Below are positions 54,961 through 64,000 of a DNA stretch of 64,000 bases, piece by piece. A model generated the notes under the pieces. The model saw nothing but the letters and a program-made list of their open reading frames with translations. It was not told the origin of the DNA and did not search any database. The first letter of the stretch is position 1; each line of letters starts with the position of its first letter. Location: the IMG/VR virus record IMGVR_UViG_3300009514_000001, positions 158,006-222,005 of that record; one strand, given 5' to 3'. The translations under genes and the position numbers were made by a program.

Positions 54961-57201
54961 TTACGGTACGGTGACCGACGGATGTTGGTTGATGAGCATC
55001 GGGTGGAAAATGACATCCGGTGTAGTGGACGCACCATTGGCACCCTGAAGCCATCCAATTTGGTAGGTGACGGTATTTGTCCCTGAAGGAGCCGTGAGTG
55101 TAGCCTGCCCTGCGGTGTTGCTTAGGAACACACGACTGCCGTTGTTGGCCGCCGCAGGAGCGGAAGTGAACCGGACCGGAATCAGAGAACCCGGGACGGT
55201 GAAGATTTGAGCGGTAGTCGCAGTACCGAAGGTTCCGCGAGACACCCCGACAACCACGCTGGCCCTCAGCGAGCCATTGTTGGCGTCAGAGAGGGTGAGG
55301 TCGCCGCCGGCGTCCAAGGAGACCAAGTCACCGGCCACGAGACTCGTGGAGGCCGAGGTGTCCAGCTCGATGCCGGCACCCTCGACGAGGTTGATGTGCT
55401 GGTCGAGGTCGAGGGCCTCGAACCCAGCCGTCGAGTCGACGACGACGTAGTTGCTCGTGCCGTCCGTGAGAGTGAACGCCGTCGCGCTCGGGTCCGGTAC
55501 CGTGTAGGTCGAGTCGCCGGCCGAGGTCAGCAGCAGGGAGCCACTGGTCACGGTGCTGACGGTCAGGTTGCCGCTCGTCGCAGTAACGTTGGAGACTCCT
55601 GTTCCGTCGATAGAGAACACGCCGCCGGCAAGGATATCGACACTGCCGTCAGCGTCGACGTCAAGATTGCCGACACCAGCACCAACATTCGAGGCCGCGA
55701 GGACCAGCGTGGCGGTGCCCGCGTCGTTTGCGGCCAGAGTCAGGTTGGCTGCTGTCCCAGTACCGTCGAGAGACAGCGGTCCTGTCGTGTCAACAGCGAC
55801 ACCCCCCGTCCCCGCATCGATGTCGATGCCACCGGCGGCGTTAGCAGCGTTGAGCTGGATGGCGGTTGCAATAGCCTCGTTGCCCGTGATGACGACCGAG
55901 TCGATTGACGTGACGTTAAGGTCGCCCGACGTGATGGTCGAGAGCGTCAGAGCCCCGCTTGTCGCCGAGACGTTGGAGGCCCCGGTACCATCGATAGAGA
56001 AGATGCCGCCGGCAAGGATATCGACACTGCCATCGGCGTCGACGTCGAGGTTGCCGACACCGGCGCCAGCGTTCGTCGAGGAGATGACCAGCGTGGAAGT
56101 GCCCGCGTCGTTTGCGGTCAGAGTCAGGTTGGCTGCTGTCCCCGTACTGTCGAGGGACAGAGGACCTGTCGTGTCAACAGCGACACCTCCGGTGCCCGCA
56201 TCGATGTCGACGCCACCGGCGGCGTTAGCAGCGTTGAGCTGGATGGCGGTTGCAATGGCCTCGTTACCCGTGACGACGACCGAGTCGATTGACGTGACGT
56301 TGAGGTCGCCCGACGTGATGGTGCTGACGGTCAGAGCGCCGGCCGTGACGGACACGTTCGAGGCCGCGGTGCCGTCGATGCTGAATCCGTTCGAGCCCGT
56401 CATCTGGACATCGAACGTGGTCACGTCGAAGTCAGCGAGGGTGTCGACGTTCAGGCCGTTGGTGGCCGTAATCTGAAACGACTCGGTGCCGGCGATGATG
56501 ACGTCGCCCTCGCCACCCGAGGTCGTGATCTGATTACCCTGGACGTAGGCCTGCTGAAGGCTGTTGCCGGAGCCCGTTCCGAGGTCAGTGAAGGAGATAC
56601 CAGTCGTGGCCCCGACACCTGTCTCCCAGACACCATCCGTTCCAGCTCGGAGGATGGAGACATTGACGCGGGTGATAGTTCCGGCAACCGTGGCGTCCGT
56701 GACGAACTGGTTCTGAGTGAAATCCTCGACCTCGGCAGTCGTTCCGACACCCCTGATGGTCAGGGTCGTGCCGGTGTGGGTGAGAACCTCGAACAGGCCG
56801 TTGTTCGAGGGGTCGTTCGCTCCAGAAATCTGGATGAACTGGCCGACCGCGAAGGTACCGGAACCCGTTGTGACGACCGTTGGGTTGCTCGTGGCCGCAA
56901 CACCTGCCGTGAAGGAACCATTGACCGTATCCGAAGTGGCGATGGGCAGATAGTTGACCACCAGACCACCCGTCTGCGCAGACACCGTCGTGTACCCATC
57001 ATTGAGGTACAGGTGGTTGTCCGCGTAGCGATTGATCTCGCTCTCGGAGGTCGTGGTCGTGCCGGAAACCGTGAGGTTCGCATCGATGACCACGTCGGAC
57101 TGAAACTCCCAGTTCGCAGTAGACTGGATGTTATCCGCACTCGACGGACTCCGAAGGAACCCGCTGTCCAGTAGCTGGAGAGTATCAAGTTGGTTTGCCA
57201 C
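54961..57201 (-). CDS. Long Thr/Gly/Ala-rich fibre protein (746 aa)
   Basis: Beta-rich low-complexity sequence with internal repeats. Its C-terminal domain is shared with 57211-57828. Confidence 0.7.
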   Translation of the reverse strand: MANQLDTLQLLDSGFLRSPSSADNIQSTANWEFQSDVVIDANLTVSGTTTTSESEINRYADNHLYLNDGYTTVSAQTGGLVVNYLPIATSDTVNGSFTAGVAATSNPTVVTTGSGTFAVGQFIQISGANDPSNNGLFEVLTHTGTTLTIRGVGTTAEVEDFTQNQFVTDATVAGTITRVNVSILRAGTDGVWETGVGATTGISFTDLGTGSGNSLQQAYVQGNQITTSGGEGDVIIAGTESFQITATNGLNVDTLADFDVTTFDVQMTGSNGFSIDGTAASNVSVTAGALTVSTITSGDLNVTSIDSVVVTGNEAIATAIQLNAANAAGGVDIDAGTGGVAVDTTGPLSLDSTGTAANLTLTANDAGTSTLVISSTNAGAGVGNLDVDADGSVDILAGGIFSIDGTGASNVSATSGALTLSTITSGDLNVTSIDSVVITGNEAIATAIQLNAANAAGGIDIDAGTGGVAVDTTGPLSLDGTGTAANLTLAANDAGTATLVLAASNVGAGVGNLDVDADGSVDILAGGVFSIDGTGVSNVTATSGNLTVSTVTSGSLLLTSAGDSTYTVPDPSATAFTLTDGTSNYVVVDSTAGFEALDLDQHINLVEGAGIELDTSASTSLVAGDLVSLDAGGDLTLSDANNGSLRASVVVGVSRGTFGTATTAQIFTVPGSLIPVRFTSAPAAANNGSRVFLSNTAGQATLTAPSGTNTVTYQIGWLQGANGASTTPDVIFHPMLINQHPSVTVP
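55540..56385. repeat. Intragenic tandem repeat, 384-bp (128-aa) period, about 2.2 copies
   Basis: gcgttgagctggatggcggt occurs at 55847 and 56231; FSIDGT occurs three times. Confidence 0.85.
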
Positions 57202-57210
57202 GGTTCGCCC

Positions 57211-57828
57211 TCAGGTAATGCGGGAGATGAACTGAGGCTGGAACGCCACGTCCGGTGTTGTGGTCACGCCATCAGCTCCCTGCATGACGCCCACGATAAA
57301 GACGATATTGCCCGAGGTACTCGGTGGCGTCAGCGTCGCCTCCCCAGGAGTGGCGCTGAGAAACACAGGGTCGCCGTTGGTCGCCCCCGCAGGTGCTGAC
57401 GAAAATCGGACCGGTACGAGGTCACCAGAGCTTGCAACATCGACACTTGCGGCGGACGCTGCTGCGGCGAGGGCGACGTAGACAAGCTCCCAAACGTTGG
57501 ACGAGAAAGTCGCGTCCGCCAGCACGACCTCCCCAGACGAGTCGACGGACAGTAGATCACCCAACGACAGGTTCTCCCCCGCCGTCAGCGTGATCCCCCC
57601 ACCACCGCCCGGGGCCGTGGCCCAACGGATACCCGTGGCTTGGGTCGAATCCGCCGTCAGAACCAGGCCGTTGGCACCAACGGCAAACTCTTCGTACTCG
57701 GTGCCGTCGGCGGCAAGAATAGACCCCTTGGTTGGAGACACCGCGTCGTCGACGTCATCCAGCTCTGAGAGGACCTGAGCAACGACATCAAAATCACCGG
57801 TGAAGGGGTTGAAAACGTACTTCGGCAT
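57211..57828 (-). CDS. Short fibre/decoration protein (205 aa)
   Basis: LSELDDV and GANGLVLTADS fibre motifs; C-terminal domain paralogous to that of the 746-aa protein. Confidence 0.65.
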   Translation of the reverse strand: MPKYVFNPFTGDFDVVAQVLSELDDVDDAVSPTKGSILAADGTEYEEFAVGANGLVLTADSTQATGIRWATAPGGGGGITLTAGENLSLGDLLSVDSSGEVVLADATFSSNVWELVYVALAAAASAASVDVASSGDLVPVRFSSAPAGATNGDPVFLSATPGEATLTPPSTSGNIVFIVGVMQGADGVTTTPDVAFQPQFISRIT

Positions 57829-57845
57829 AGCGCGAGCGCCCCCCT

Positions 57846-58115
57846 TTACGTCCTGACGACTGAGTCAAGGCGGCTGCCGGTGTATGCCAGGGTGAGTGTT
57901 GCCACGAGTGTGCCCGCCAGGCCTCCCGAATAGTACTCGACTGTGGTCAGGTTGTTACCGGTGTACGTAAGGTCGACCGCATCGAAAGCCTCAGGGACAA
58001 GGGTGTTGACCCGACGTACTGGCCAGGCACCGGAATCGGCCGCAGCGGTCCCCTGAACGGCCGTGACCGAGTCCGTCCCTGAGCTGAGCACTCTGCCGAT
58101 GGTGATGCGTGCCAT
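57846..58115 (-). CDS. Small putative virion protein
   Basis: 89 aa; AAGGAG SD. Confidence 0.6.
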   Translation of the reverse strand: MARITIGRVLSSGTDSVTAVQGTAAADSGAWPVRRVNTLVPEAFDAVDLTYTGNNLTTVEYYSGGLAGTLVATLTLAYTGSRLDSVVRT

Positions 58116-58124
58116 CGCCTCTCC

Positions 58125-58451
58125 TTACCAGGCTTCAATACGGAAACGAGCCGTCTTCGGAGGCGGCCCTGTGTCGCTCCGAACAGCAATCAAAGACTCC
58201 ACCCTGTTCTGATAGGGTCGTGTCTCCCCCGGCCTAACGATGTCATGAATGTTGACGCCATCGAAGCTCACAAACACGTCTGCCGTACCGTCGTTGGCCA
58301 CCCGAATCTCAGTGAAGGGGAAAGCAGTCTTCCTCTTCGTGCTCGTGAGGGAGTTCACGAACTCATAGGTGTTGTCCGCGAAATCGTCCGTCGTATCGTC
58401 TTCGACGAAGAAACGGATTGACTGGCGGCTTGTACCGGTTGAGGCAGGCAT
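58125..58451 (-). CDS. Small beta-rich putative virion protein
   Basis: 108 aa. IRVANDGTADVFVSFDG resembles IKNLDGADALLVSFG of the upstream gene. Confidence 0.6.
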   Translation of the reverse strand: MPASTGTSRQSIRFFVEDDTTDDFADNTYEFVNSLTSTKRKTAFPFTEIRVANDGTADVFVSFDGVNIHDIVRPGETRPYQNRVESLIAVRSDTGPPPKTARFRIEAW

Positions 58452-58461
58452 CAGAAGCTCC

Positions 58462-59154
58462 TTAGACCTTCGTCAGCGAGAACGAAGCCGAGAACTCGAC
58501 TGGGTTGCCGCTTGCGGAAGCCAGGAACACCTCGATGACACTTCCGTCGTCGATGGGGAAACTATCCCCCGCCGGAATCGAAGCCATCAGTTGACCTTCG
58601 CCGAAAGAGACGAGCAGGGCATCGGCCCCATCGAGGTTCTTGATCTCGCCGCTGGACGAGTACAGAGGAAGCCCAAAAGACAGCGATCCGAGGGGTGGGT
58701 AATCGCCCGGTGTGGCAGTGAGTCCCGGAGCAGTCCCGTAAAGACTGATGGTCGAGTTCTGGACACCGAAGTAGTCCGCCGGAGGAATGATCAGAATTTG
58801 GCCCGGAGGAAGATACCCTCCCAGGGCCAGGTCGAAGTCCTCAACCCGCAGGAACAACATCTCCTTGTCCGTCGGCAGGCTGGCGCTCAGAGGTGTGAAC
58901 TCATCCGGGTCCAGGGCGATGCGGGTGTACCCTCGAATGGCCTCCCCCATCGTCCTGTTACGGCCACTGACGTGGAGACCCGGGGAACGAGTCTGGATGC
59001 CCGACTGGGCTTCCATCATGGCCACCGTGCCCACAAAAGCCCCGTCGAGGGTCTTGTGGCCACGGAGGCGGTACTTGGACACGCCAGCCTTGACCGGGAT
59101 GGACAGCTCCACCACGTTCACCTTGCGGTCCAGGATATTGGGGGTTGCGCTCAC
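58462..59154 (-). CDS. Putative virion protein (230 aa)
   Basis: GTGA overlap with the upstream gene. Confidence 0.6.
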   Translation of the reverse strand: MSATPNILDRKVNVVELSIPVKAGVSKYRLRGHKTLDGAFVGTVAMMEAQSGIQTRSPGLHVSGRNRTMGEAIRGYTRIALDPDEFTPLSASLPTDKEMLFLRVEDFDLALGGYLPPGQILIIPPADYFGVQNSTISLYGTAPGLTATPGDYPPLGSLSFGLPLYSSSGEIKNLDGADALLVSFGEGQLMASIPAGDSFPIDDGSVIEVFLASASGNPVEFSASFSLTKV

Positions 59155-59546
59155 TTGGAAGCCTCCTCAGCCTGTACGAGAGGGGTGTAGCTCAAACTGT
59201 CCTTGCCCTGGTCTCTGGCGAGCTTCTGGGCATCCTTCCAGCTCTCTGTACGCTCCCCTCCGACGTTGGGCATCAAACCGGCGACAGGGGACTCTCGCTT
59301 GCGTTCTTTCTGACGCTTGGAGAGCCGATTCTGCCGAGCCTTCATCTGGGTGTTGATGCGATTGGCCTTACCAGGCCAGGAGTCCCCTTGCAGTACGAAG
59401 TTGCACGTCGTGATGACCCTTCGGGTGCCGGAACCACACTCAGGGCAGTCCTGGTCCTTGCTCTTCCTGTACTCGCTGATGGTCATCGAACACTCGAAGT
59501 AGGCCTCGCAGTCCTCATTGTTGCACTTGTATTCATAGGTCGGCAC
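59151..59546 (-). CDS. FmdB-like zinc-ribbon protein
   Basis: MPTYEYKC...C...CPECG; GTG start with SD. Confidence 0.8.
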   Translation of the reverse strand: MPTYEYKCNNEDCEAYFECSMTISEYRKSKDQDCPECGSGTRRVITTCNFVLQGDSWPGKANRINTQMKARQNRLSKRQKERKRESPVAGLMPNVGGERTESWKDAQKLARDQGKDSLSYTPLVQAEEASK

Positions 59547-60387
59547 GTCCCTTCCTCCTCATGTATTGCTCTGCTACCGACGCGGCCACCTCGTGTTGAC
59601 CGACGTACGTCACAGTCAACCTACCGCGCTCGGCTGCTCGGAGGGCGACGTCTAGTAGGTTTGGACCGGGGCTGGCCCTCTTGGTTGTCCCGGGGACTCG
59701 GTAGTCCTTGAGCACCTGGAACACCGCATAGGCGTGCTTGCACACGGGCTTGACGTGGTCTGGGTCCCGGATGCCAGGGAACGTCGCGGTGCCCCTGGGA
59801 GACTTGTAGAGATAGTCCTCCTCCTGCCCCCAGTGCTCTGGGCCTTGCCATCGCCAGAAAGGACAGGAGCAGGTCAGATGGACGTCAGCCGAGGTCGCCT
59901 TCGTCACCCGTCGTGTCGAGACCACCTTCACCTTGACGTCCCACTTGCCGACCTTGAAGGTCCACATGCGGTTCCTCGGGTCGACCCTGACGAGCTTGGG
60001 CTTGTACCCCCTGGACCGCTGAACGACGGCCGGGTCAACGCCAGACTCGATGTCGGCAAGGGTCGCCCCAGAGCGGAGACTCCGGTTGCCGAGACCAGGG
60101 CTGCGGTCGGCCTTGTTCTGGTACTCGAACTCGCCCCCGACTTCGGGGATGACCTTCGCCGAACCCCCGGCGTTGTCGACCTGGCCGACATCGAGCTTGG
60201 TACTCGGATGGCTAGGGTTACTCGGCCCGTTGATGGCCGGGCGGCGTGCCGACGGGTTCACCGTGTTGGACGTGCCGTCATATTGGATGGTCGGGGTGTT
60301 CTGCCCCCGGGGAGTGCCCTTGGACGTGTCCTGCCCCCAGTTCTGGTGGTTGCGAGAGGCGGGCTCTTCCTTGCGGTAGAAACTCAT
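59533..60387 (-). CDS. SWIM zinc-finger protein
   Basis: CSCPFWRWQ...VCKH. Confidence 0.7.
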   Translation of the reverse strand: MSFYRKEEPASRNHQNWGQDTSKGTPRGQNTPTIQYDGTSNTVNPSARRPAINGPSNPSHPSTKLDVGQVDNAGGSAKVIPEVGGEFEYQNKADRSPGLGNRSLRSGATLADIESGVDPAVVQRSRGYKPKLVRVDPRNRMWTFKVGKWDVKVKVVSTRRVTKATSADVHLTCSCPFWRWQGPEHWGQEEDYLYKSPRGTATFPGIRDPDHVKPVCKHAYAVFQVLKDYRVPGTTKRASPGPNLLDVALRAAERGRLTVTYVGQHEVAASVAEQYMRRKGRADL

Positions 60388-61010
60388 CCCAGAACCCTCC
60401 CGACGGCCTTCTGCACTGCGTCCCAGGCAGCTCTCTTGGCATCGTTGCCGGTGCTGTTAGAGGTCTCATCAGTCCGGCGGGTGAGGAGGGGCGTGTTCTT
60501 ATAGGGGACGCCGTACTGTTCCCCCGGGAGGGAAGGCATTCTCACCCTGGGGATGCCGCCGCCTCCGGGAGGGGTGTTGTAGTGCATATTGTTCGGACCG
60601 TGGGTCGCCTGGTCTGGGCCCTTCTCCGACTTCTGTGGGAGAGCCCTCTCAGGGGTTCTGTCGTCGTCATGCGTACGCTCATCCTTGCGGACCACCGTCC
60701 GGTACCCAGAGAGGTCCTCGACGGGCTTAGAGTAAGCCTTGCGGACAGCCTCGTTGACCGCTTCCCGAACTTCCCGGGCCAGGGACGCCTGGCGGGCCTC
60801 GGAGACGCTTTGAGTCAAAGACGCAATGGCGGGGGCGACTGCGGAGATGACGTCACCGGCCTCTTCGTAGAAGTGGCTGCTATAAGCAGACGTGTTGATG
60901 AGGTCCAGGCCACGTTTGGCCAGGCCCGCCACCCTCTGCGCGTCTCGTTCGACGGCGTCGAGAGCTTCAACGACACCCGAAGAGGGGTCTGCTTTTTCAG
61001 GATTCAACAC
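60384..61010 (-). CDS. Hypothetical protein (208 aa)
   Basis: Starts a few nt after the putative IS right end; ATGA overlap downstream. Confidence 0.6.
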   Translation of the reverse strand: MLNPEKADPSSGVVEALDAVERDAQRVAGLAKRGLDLINTSAYSSHFYEEAGDVISAVAPAIASLTQSVSEARQASLAREVREAVNEAVRKAYSKPVEDLSGYRTVVRKDERTHDDDRTPERALPQKSEKGPDQATHGPNNMHYNTPPGGGGIPRVRMPSLPGEQYGVPYKNTPLLTRRTDETSNSTGNDAKRAAWDAVQKAVGRVLG

Positions 61011-61014
61011 AACA

Positions 61015-61160
61015 CCGTTCTCCGAAACTTATGAAAATCTAGGTACACCTTGACTCCTGTTCGGTTCCTGCTTCATCGAGGCCGCCACCAGGAGACTAAC
61101 ATCCCCCGCCGGTCTTACGTCCTCTCCACAGACTGACACCGGGGAACTCCCGGCCAACTG
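61015..61160 (-). ncRNA. Putative omegaRNA scaffold/right end overlapping the tnpB 3' end
   Basis: TnpB omegaRNAs are known to overlap the gene's 3' end. The region ends ...GTTTCGGAGAACGG, and a similar 31-mer recurs at 63866-63896. Boundaries are inferred. Confidence 0.5.
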
Positions 61161-62288
61161 TTTCAAATTGATTGCGGCGTTCAGGTCTCGGCCAACACGG
61201 AGGCCACATTCGCCACACTGATACACGCGGTCCGACAAACTCAAGTCAGACTTTACTTTCCCGCATCCGGAACACGTCTTCGAACTAGGAAACCACCGGT
61301 CCGCCTCGATGACCTCAACTCCGGCCCACTCGGCCTTGTAGGCCAACTGTCGTAGGAACTCGGATAACGAGGCATCCGACAACGCTCTGGAGAGACGCCG
61401 GTTCTTCAGCATCCCAGAAACGTTGAGCGTCTCGACCACCAGGACATCAGCACTCTCTACGATCTCACTGGTCGCCTTGTGCAATGCATCCTTGCGGAGG
61501 CACGACACCCGATAGTAGAGACGAGCTACTCTGGCTCGGGCTTTCGCTCTGTTCCTGCTGCCTTTCTGTTTTCTGGCTAGTGCCTTCTGAGCCCGCCGCA
61601 AACGGCGCTGGCACCGGGCCAGGGCACGAGGGTTCTCGAATACCTGTCCGTCACTCGTTACCGCAAGAGACTTGATTCCGACATCCACCCCAACCACTTT
61701 GGTTCTCGGTCGCTGGGGCATTGTCAGAACGGTCTGCTTGACAGATAGAGAAACGAACCACCTACCGGCTCTACAAGAGACAGTGGCCGACAGGATTTTC
61801 ACGTCTTCCCTCTCGGGTCCCGGAAGATATCCAACCTCTTTCAGTCGAATCCATCCGAGCCTCGGGAGCTTGATGCTACGACCATCTTCGGAGGTCTTGA
61901 TGGACCCGGTCAGACGGAACTTGAGAGGGCTCCGATGACGGCTCTTGAATCTCGGGAACCCTTTCCTCTTCGCTCCCTTCTTACAGCGCCGGAAGAATCC
62001 TCTGAAGGCCCTATCAAGGTCTCTCAGAGCTTCCTGAGGAGCACACTTGGACACGCCATACATCCAAGGAACGCCACCTTCTTCGGGGTCGGTCCTCTTG
62101 AGCTTGTTCAGCTCCCGATGGAGTTCGATGTTGTTCGGGGACTTCCCGGTGCTCTTGTAGGTCTCTATCTTCTGTTGGAGCCCCCAGTTGTAGGCCCAAC
62201 GAGCCGCTCCCGCATGGCACCGAAGTGCCGTGCGCTGGCGGTTGTTCGGGTCCAACTCGACCCGATATGCTCGTTGGACGACGGACAT
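61029..62288 (-). CDS. tnpB: TnpB RNA-guided endonuclease (IS200/IS605 or IS607 family), no adjacent tnpA
   Basis: N-terminal AYRVELDPN...RWAYNW; GFPRFK; RuvC motifs VGVDVG, VVETL and RDLNAA; zinc ribbon CSGC/CGEC. Likely ATG 62288. Confidence 0.92.
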   Translation of the reverse strand: MSVVQRAYRVELDPNNRQRTALRCHAGAARWAYNWGLQQKIETYKSTGKSPNNIELHRELNKLKRTDPEEGGVPWMYGVSKCAPQEALRDLDRAFRGFFRRCKKGAKRKGFPRFKSRHRSPLKFRLTGSIKTSEDGRSIKLPRLGWIRLKEVGYLPGPEREDVKILSATVSCRAGRWFVSLSVKQTVLTMPQRPRTKVVGVDVGIKSLAVTSDGQVFENPRALARCQRRLRRAQKALARKQKGSRNRAKARARVARLYYRVSCLRKDALHKATSEIVESADVLVVETLNVSGMLKNRRLSRALSDASLSEFLRQLAYKAEWAGVEVIEADRWFPSSKTCSGCGKVKSDLSLSDRVYQCGECGLRVGRDLNAAINLKQLAGSSPVSVCGEDVRPAGDVSLLVAASMKQEPNRSQGVPRFS

Positions 62289-62398
62289 GGCTACTCGTTC
62301 CTCTTTTGGATTGAGGGGACCGGTGGGCCCAGAACCCCCGGGTAGGTCCAGAGCACCTACCAGGGGGTGTTCAATCAAACGAGTATCGTCTCGGGACC

Positions 62399-63763
62399 TT
62401 AGTTAGAGAGGCTCTCGGCATGAGACCGCAGACGCTTGGCCACCGCATCGATCTCGATGTCAGCGATGCCGAGGAGCGTCGCCTTGTCGGTGCCGTACAG
62501 CTCCTTGGCTCGTTTCACCCGTGCAGCCCACTTGCCAGACTTCCGGTCCCATTCGATGGTGGTCCCGCTGCCTGTCATGATGGTACTGAGGAAAGTCTCC
62601 TCATACTCCCCCGTGGTGTCGATGTCCTCCTGAGTGGGTTCGACATCGAGGTCGACATCGAGGTCGCTCCGCTCCTCTACGGAGGAACTGAGATGAGAGG
62701 TGATGACCTCCTTATGTTTCTGGTAGGTCACCTCCATCTTCTGTCGCTCCAGCTCCAGGCGAGCCTGGGTCAGGGCTTCGATCTGAGCCCGGTCGGCGTC
62801 GGTCAGCTCGGGGACCTTGTCCTTCTCGGCCTCCCACTTTTCGTGGGCCAGGTCACGCTTGGTCTGCCACAGGTCCGTGAGAGCCTTGGCCACCTCGGGG
62901 TGCATACCCCCGGTGTTGGGCTTCGGTTCGCCGAATACGAACCCTCCGCTCTGGGCAACGGCATCTGCGTGATCTTGCGTCGGCTTCGGAACTGGACGAC
63001 CTCCTGTGGGGTCCCCTCGGTAGCCGTACTTCTTGGCCACCTCCGCTCCTTCCATTCGCCTCTGCTCCGCCGCTGCCTCCGCCTGAGCGGCGGCGGCAGC
63101 TCGCTGAGACTGGACCTCAGCGATGACCTGACGGTCCTCGGGGGTCAGGTACCGGTCATCGGAACCCTGCCCCTTGAGATCCTCCCGAATCTGTGCGTCA
63201 ACAGGACGACGAAGGATGCGACTGACCTGGTTGGATGTCGCCTGGGCTGATCCCACAACGGGACGGGAATGGGTAGGGTTGCCAATCTTGGCGACCTCGA
63301 CCCCATGGTCCACTGTAACGATGGGAGTGCGGTCCTGTGGGCTGTTCGGGTCCAGGACCAGATTCGACTGGCCGGATGCGACACCCTGTCGAATGGTCTG
63401 GTAGGAGCCGACCACCCGTTGGGTGTCGGACATCGTGACCCGGCCCACCTGAGTCGGCTGGGTGTCCTTCGTGGTATCCGCTGGCGTCATCATGATGCCG
63501 GCAGGACGAGCCACATACCCGGACTCTGTATCTGCTGCGTCGACGAGCCACCCATTGTTGATGGCACCCCGGACGGAAGGGACGTTGAATTCCCCTCCAT
63601 CCGAGAGCCGAAGGGTGTATCCGTCGAATTCGATGATGTCGTCTTCCCAGATATCTCCCTTGGTGGGGCCCAGGTGGACTTTCCGCGTTGCGCGGTAGGG
63701 CTTGAAGGTCCCGCGCATATACGTGGGGCCTCCCCGTCCTGACGGTTGCCGTGGCATTGTCAT
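62399..63763 (-). CDS. Hypothetical protein (454 aa)
   Basis: AGGAG SD; long ORF on the coding strand. Confidence 0.7.
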   Translation of the reverse strand: MTMPRQPSGRGGPTYMRGTFKPYRATRKVHLGPTKGDIWEDDIIEFDGYTLRLSDGGEFNVPSVRGAINNGWLVDAADTESGYVARPAGIMMTPADTTKDTQPTQVGRVTMSDTQRVVGSYQTIRQGVASGQSNLVLDPNSPQDRTPIVTVDHGVEVAKIGNPTHSRPVVGSAQATSNQVSRILRRPVDAQIREDLKGQGSDDRYLTPEDRQVIAEVQSQRAAAAAQAEAAAEQRRMEGAEVAKKYGYRGDPTGGRPVPKPTQDHADAVAQSGGFVFGEPKPNTGGMHPEVAKALTDLWQTKRDLAHEKWEAEKDKVPELTDADRAQIEALTQARLELERQKMEVTYQKHKEVITSHLSSSVEERSDLDVDLDVEPTQEDIDTTGEYEETFLSTIMTGSGTTIEWDRKSGKWAARVKRAKELYGTDKATLLGIADIEIDAVAKRLRSHAESLSN

Positions 63764-64000
63764 GTCTGCTCTCTCCTGTCTCGGGTCTTGCTAGAAACCC
63801 ACCCCGAGGGTCTCAAGGGAGACACACTACCACACCAAACCAAAACCCGAGCAACGGGAGATCAACCGTTCTTCAAAACCTAGGCAAAGCTAGGTATCGA
63901 ATTTGAAGCTGTGCCAGTCCGACCTGACGGAGGTACCCTGGTAGTAAGCTCCCGGCCCAACGGTGAGGGCGCGTAAGGCGGCGCAAGCCGCTGGACGACT

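Noticed and set aside
1-64000. Alternative genetic code (stop reassignment), tRNA or rRNA genes
   Set aside because: Long ORFs are intact in code 11 and all three stops end real genes. I recognised no tRNA or rRNA, though no scan was run.

Overview
A GC-rich 64-kb segment of a large contractile-tailed (jumbo myovirus-like) phage genome, covering the virion-morphogenesis region, almost all on the minus strand. Read in the direction of transcription (right to left) it contains: a solo tnpB; small head-associated and fibre proteins; a putative neck/head-tail protein; small accessory genes including plus-strand lipoproteins and thyA; a head-closure-like gene; an actin-fold ATPase; a tail-completion gene; the tail sheath; an accessory insert; the tail tube; two putative chaperones; the tape measure; and tube-initiator, hub and spike baseplate genes. 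The region is heavily invaded by self-splicing and homing elements. (1) The putative neck gene (44798-48519) is broken into three ORFs that can be rejoined by two atypically split inteins (IntN of 30 and 33 aa, IntC of 132 and 136 aa). Each split point holds a free-standing endonuclease gene, and the middle piece has an IntC-extein-IntN layout. This is the strongest candidate for an undescribed system. (2) The tail tube gene has two group I introns around a 62-nt micro-exon that the ORF track misses. (3) ThyA carries an in-frame HNH-type insert with no intein or intron hallmarks. (4) The actin-like gene has a cis intein. Also seen: an ATT-initiated gene, a candidate late-promoter motif, and repeated AGAT motifs in leaders. 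All calls come from reading motifs and synteny by eye; no database search was run.
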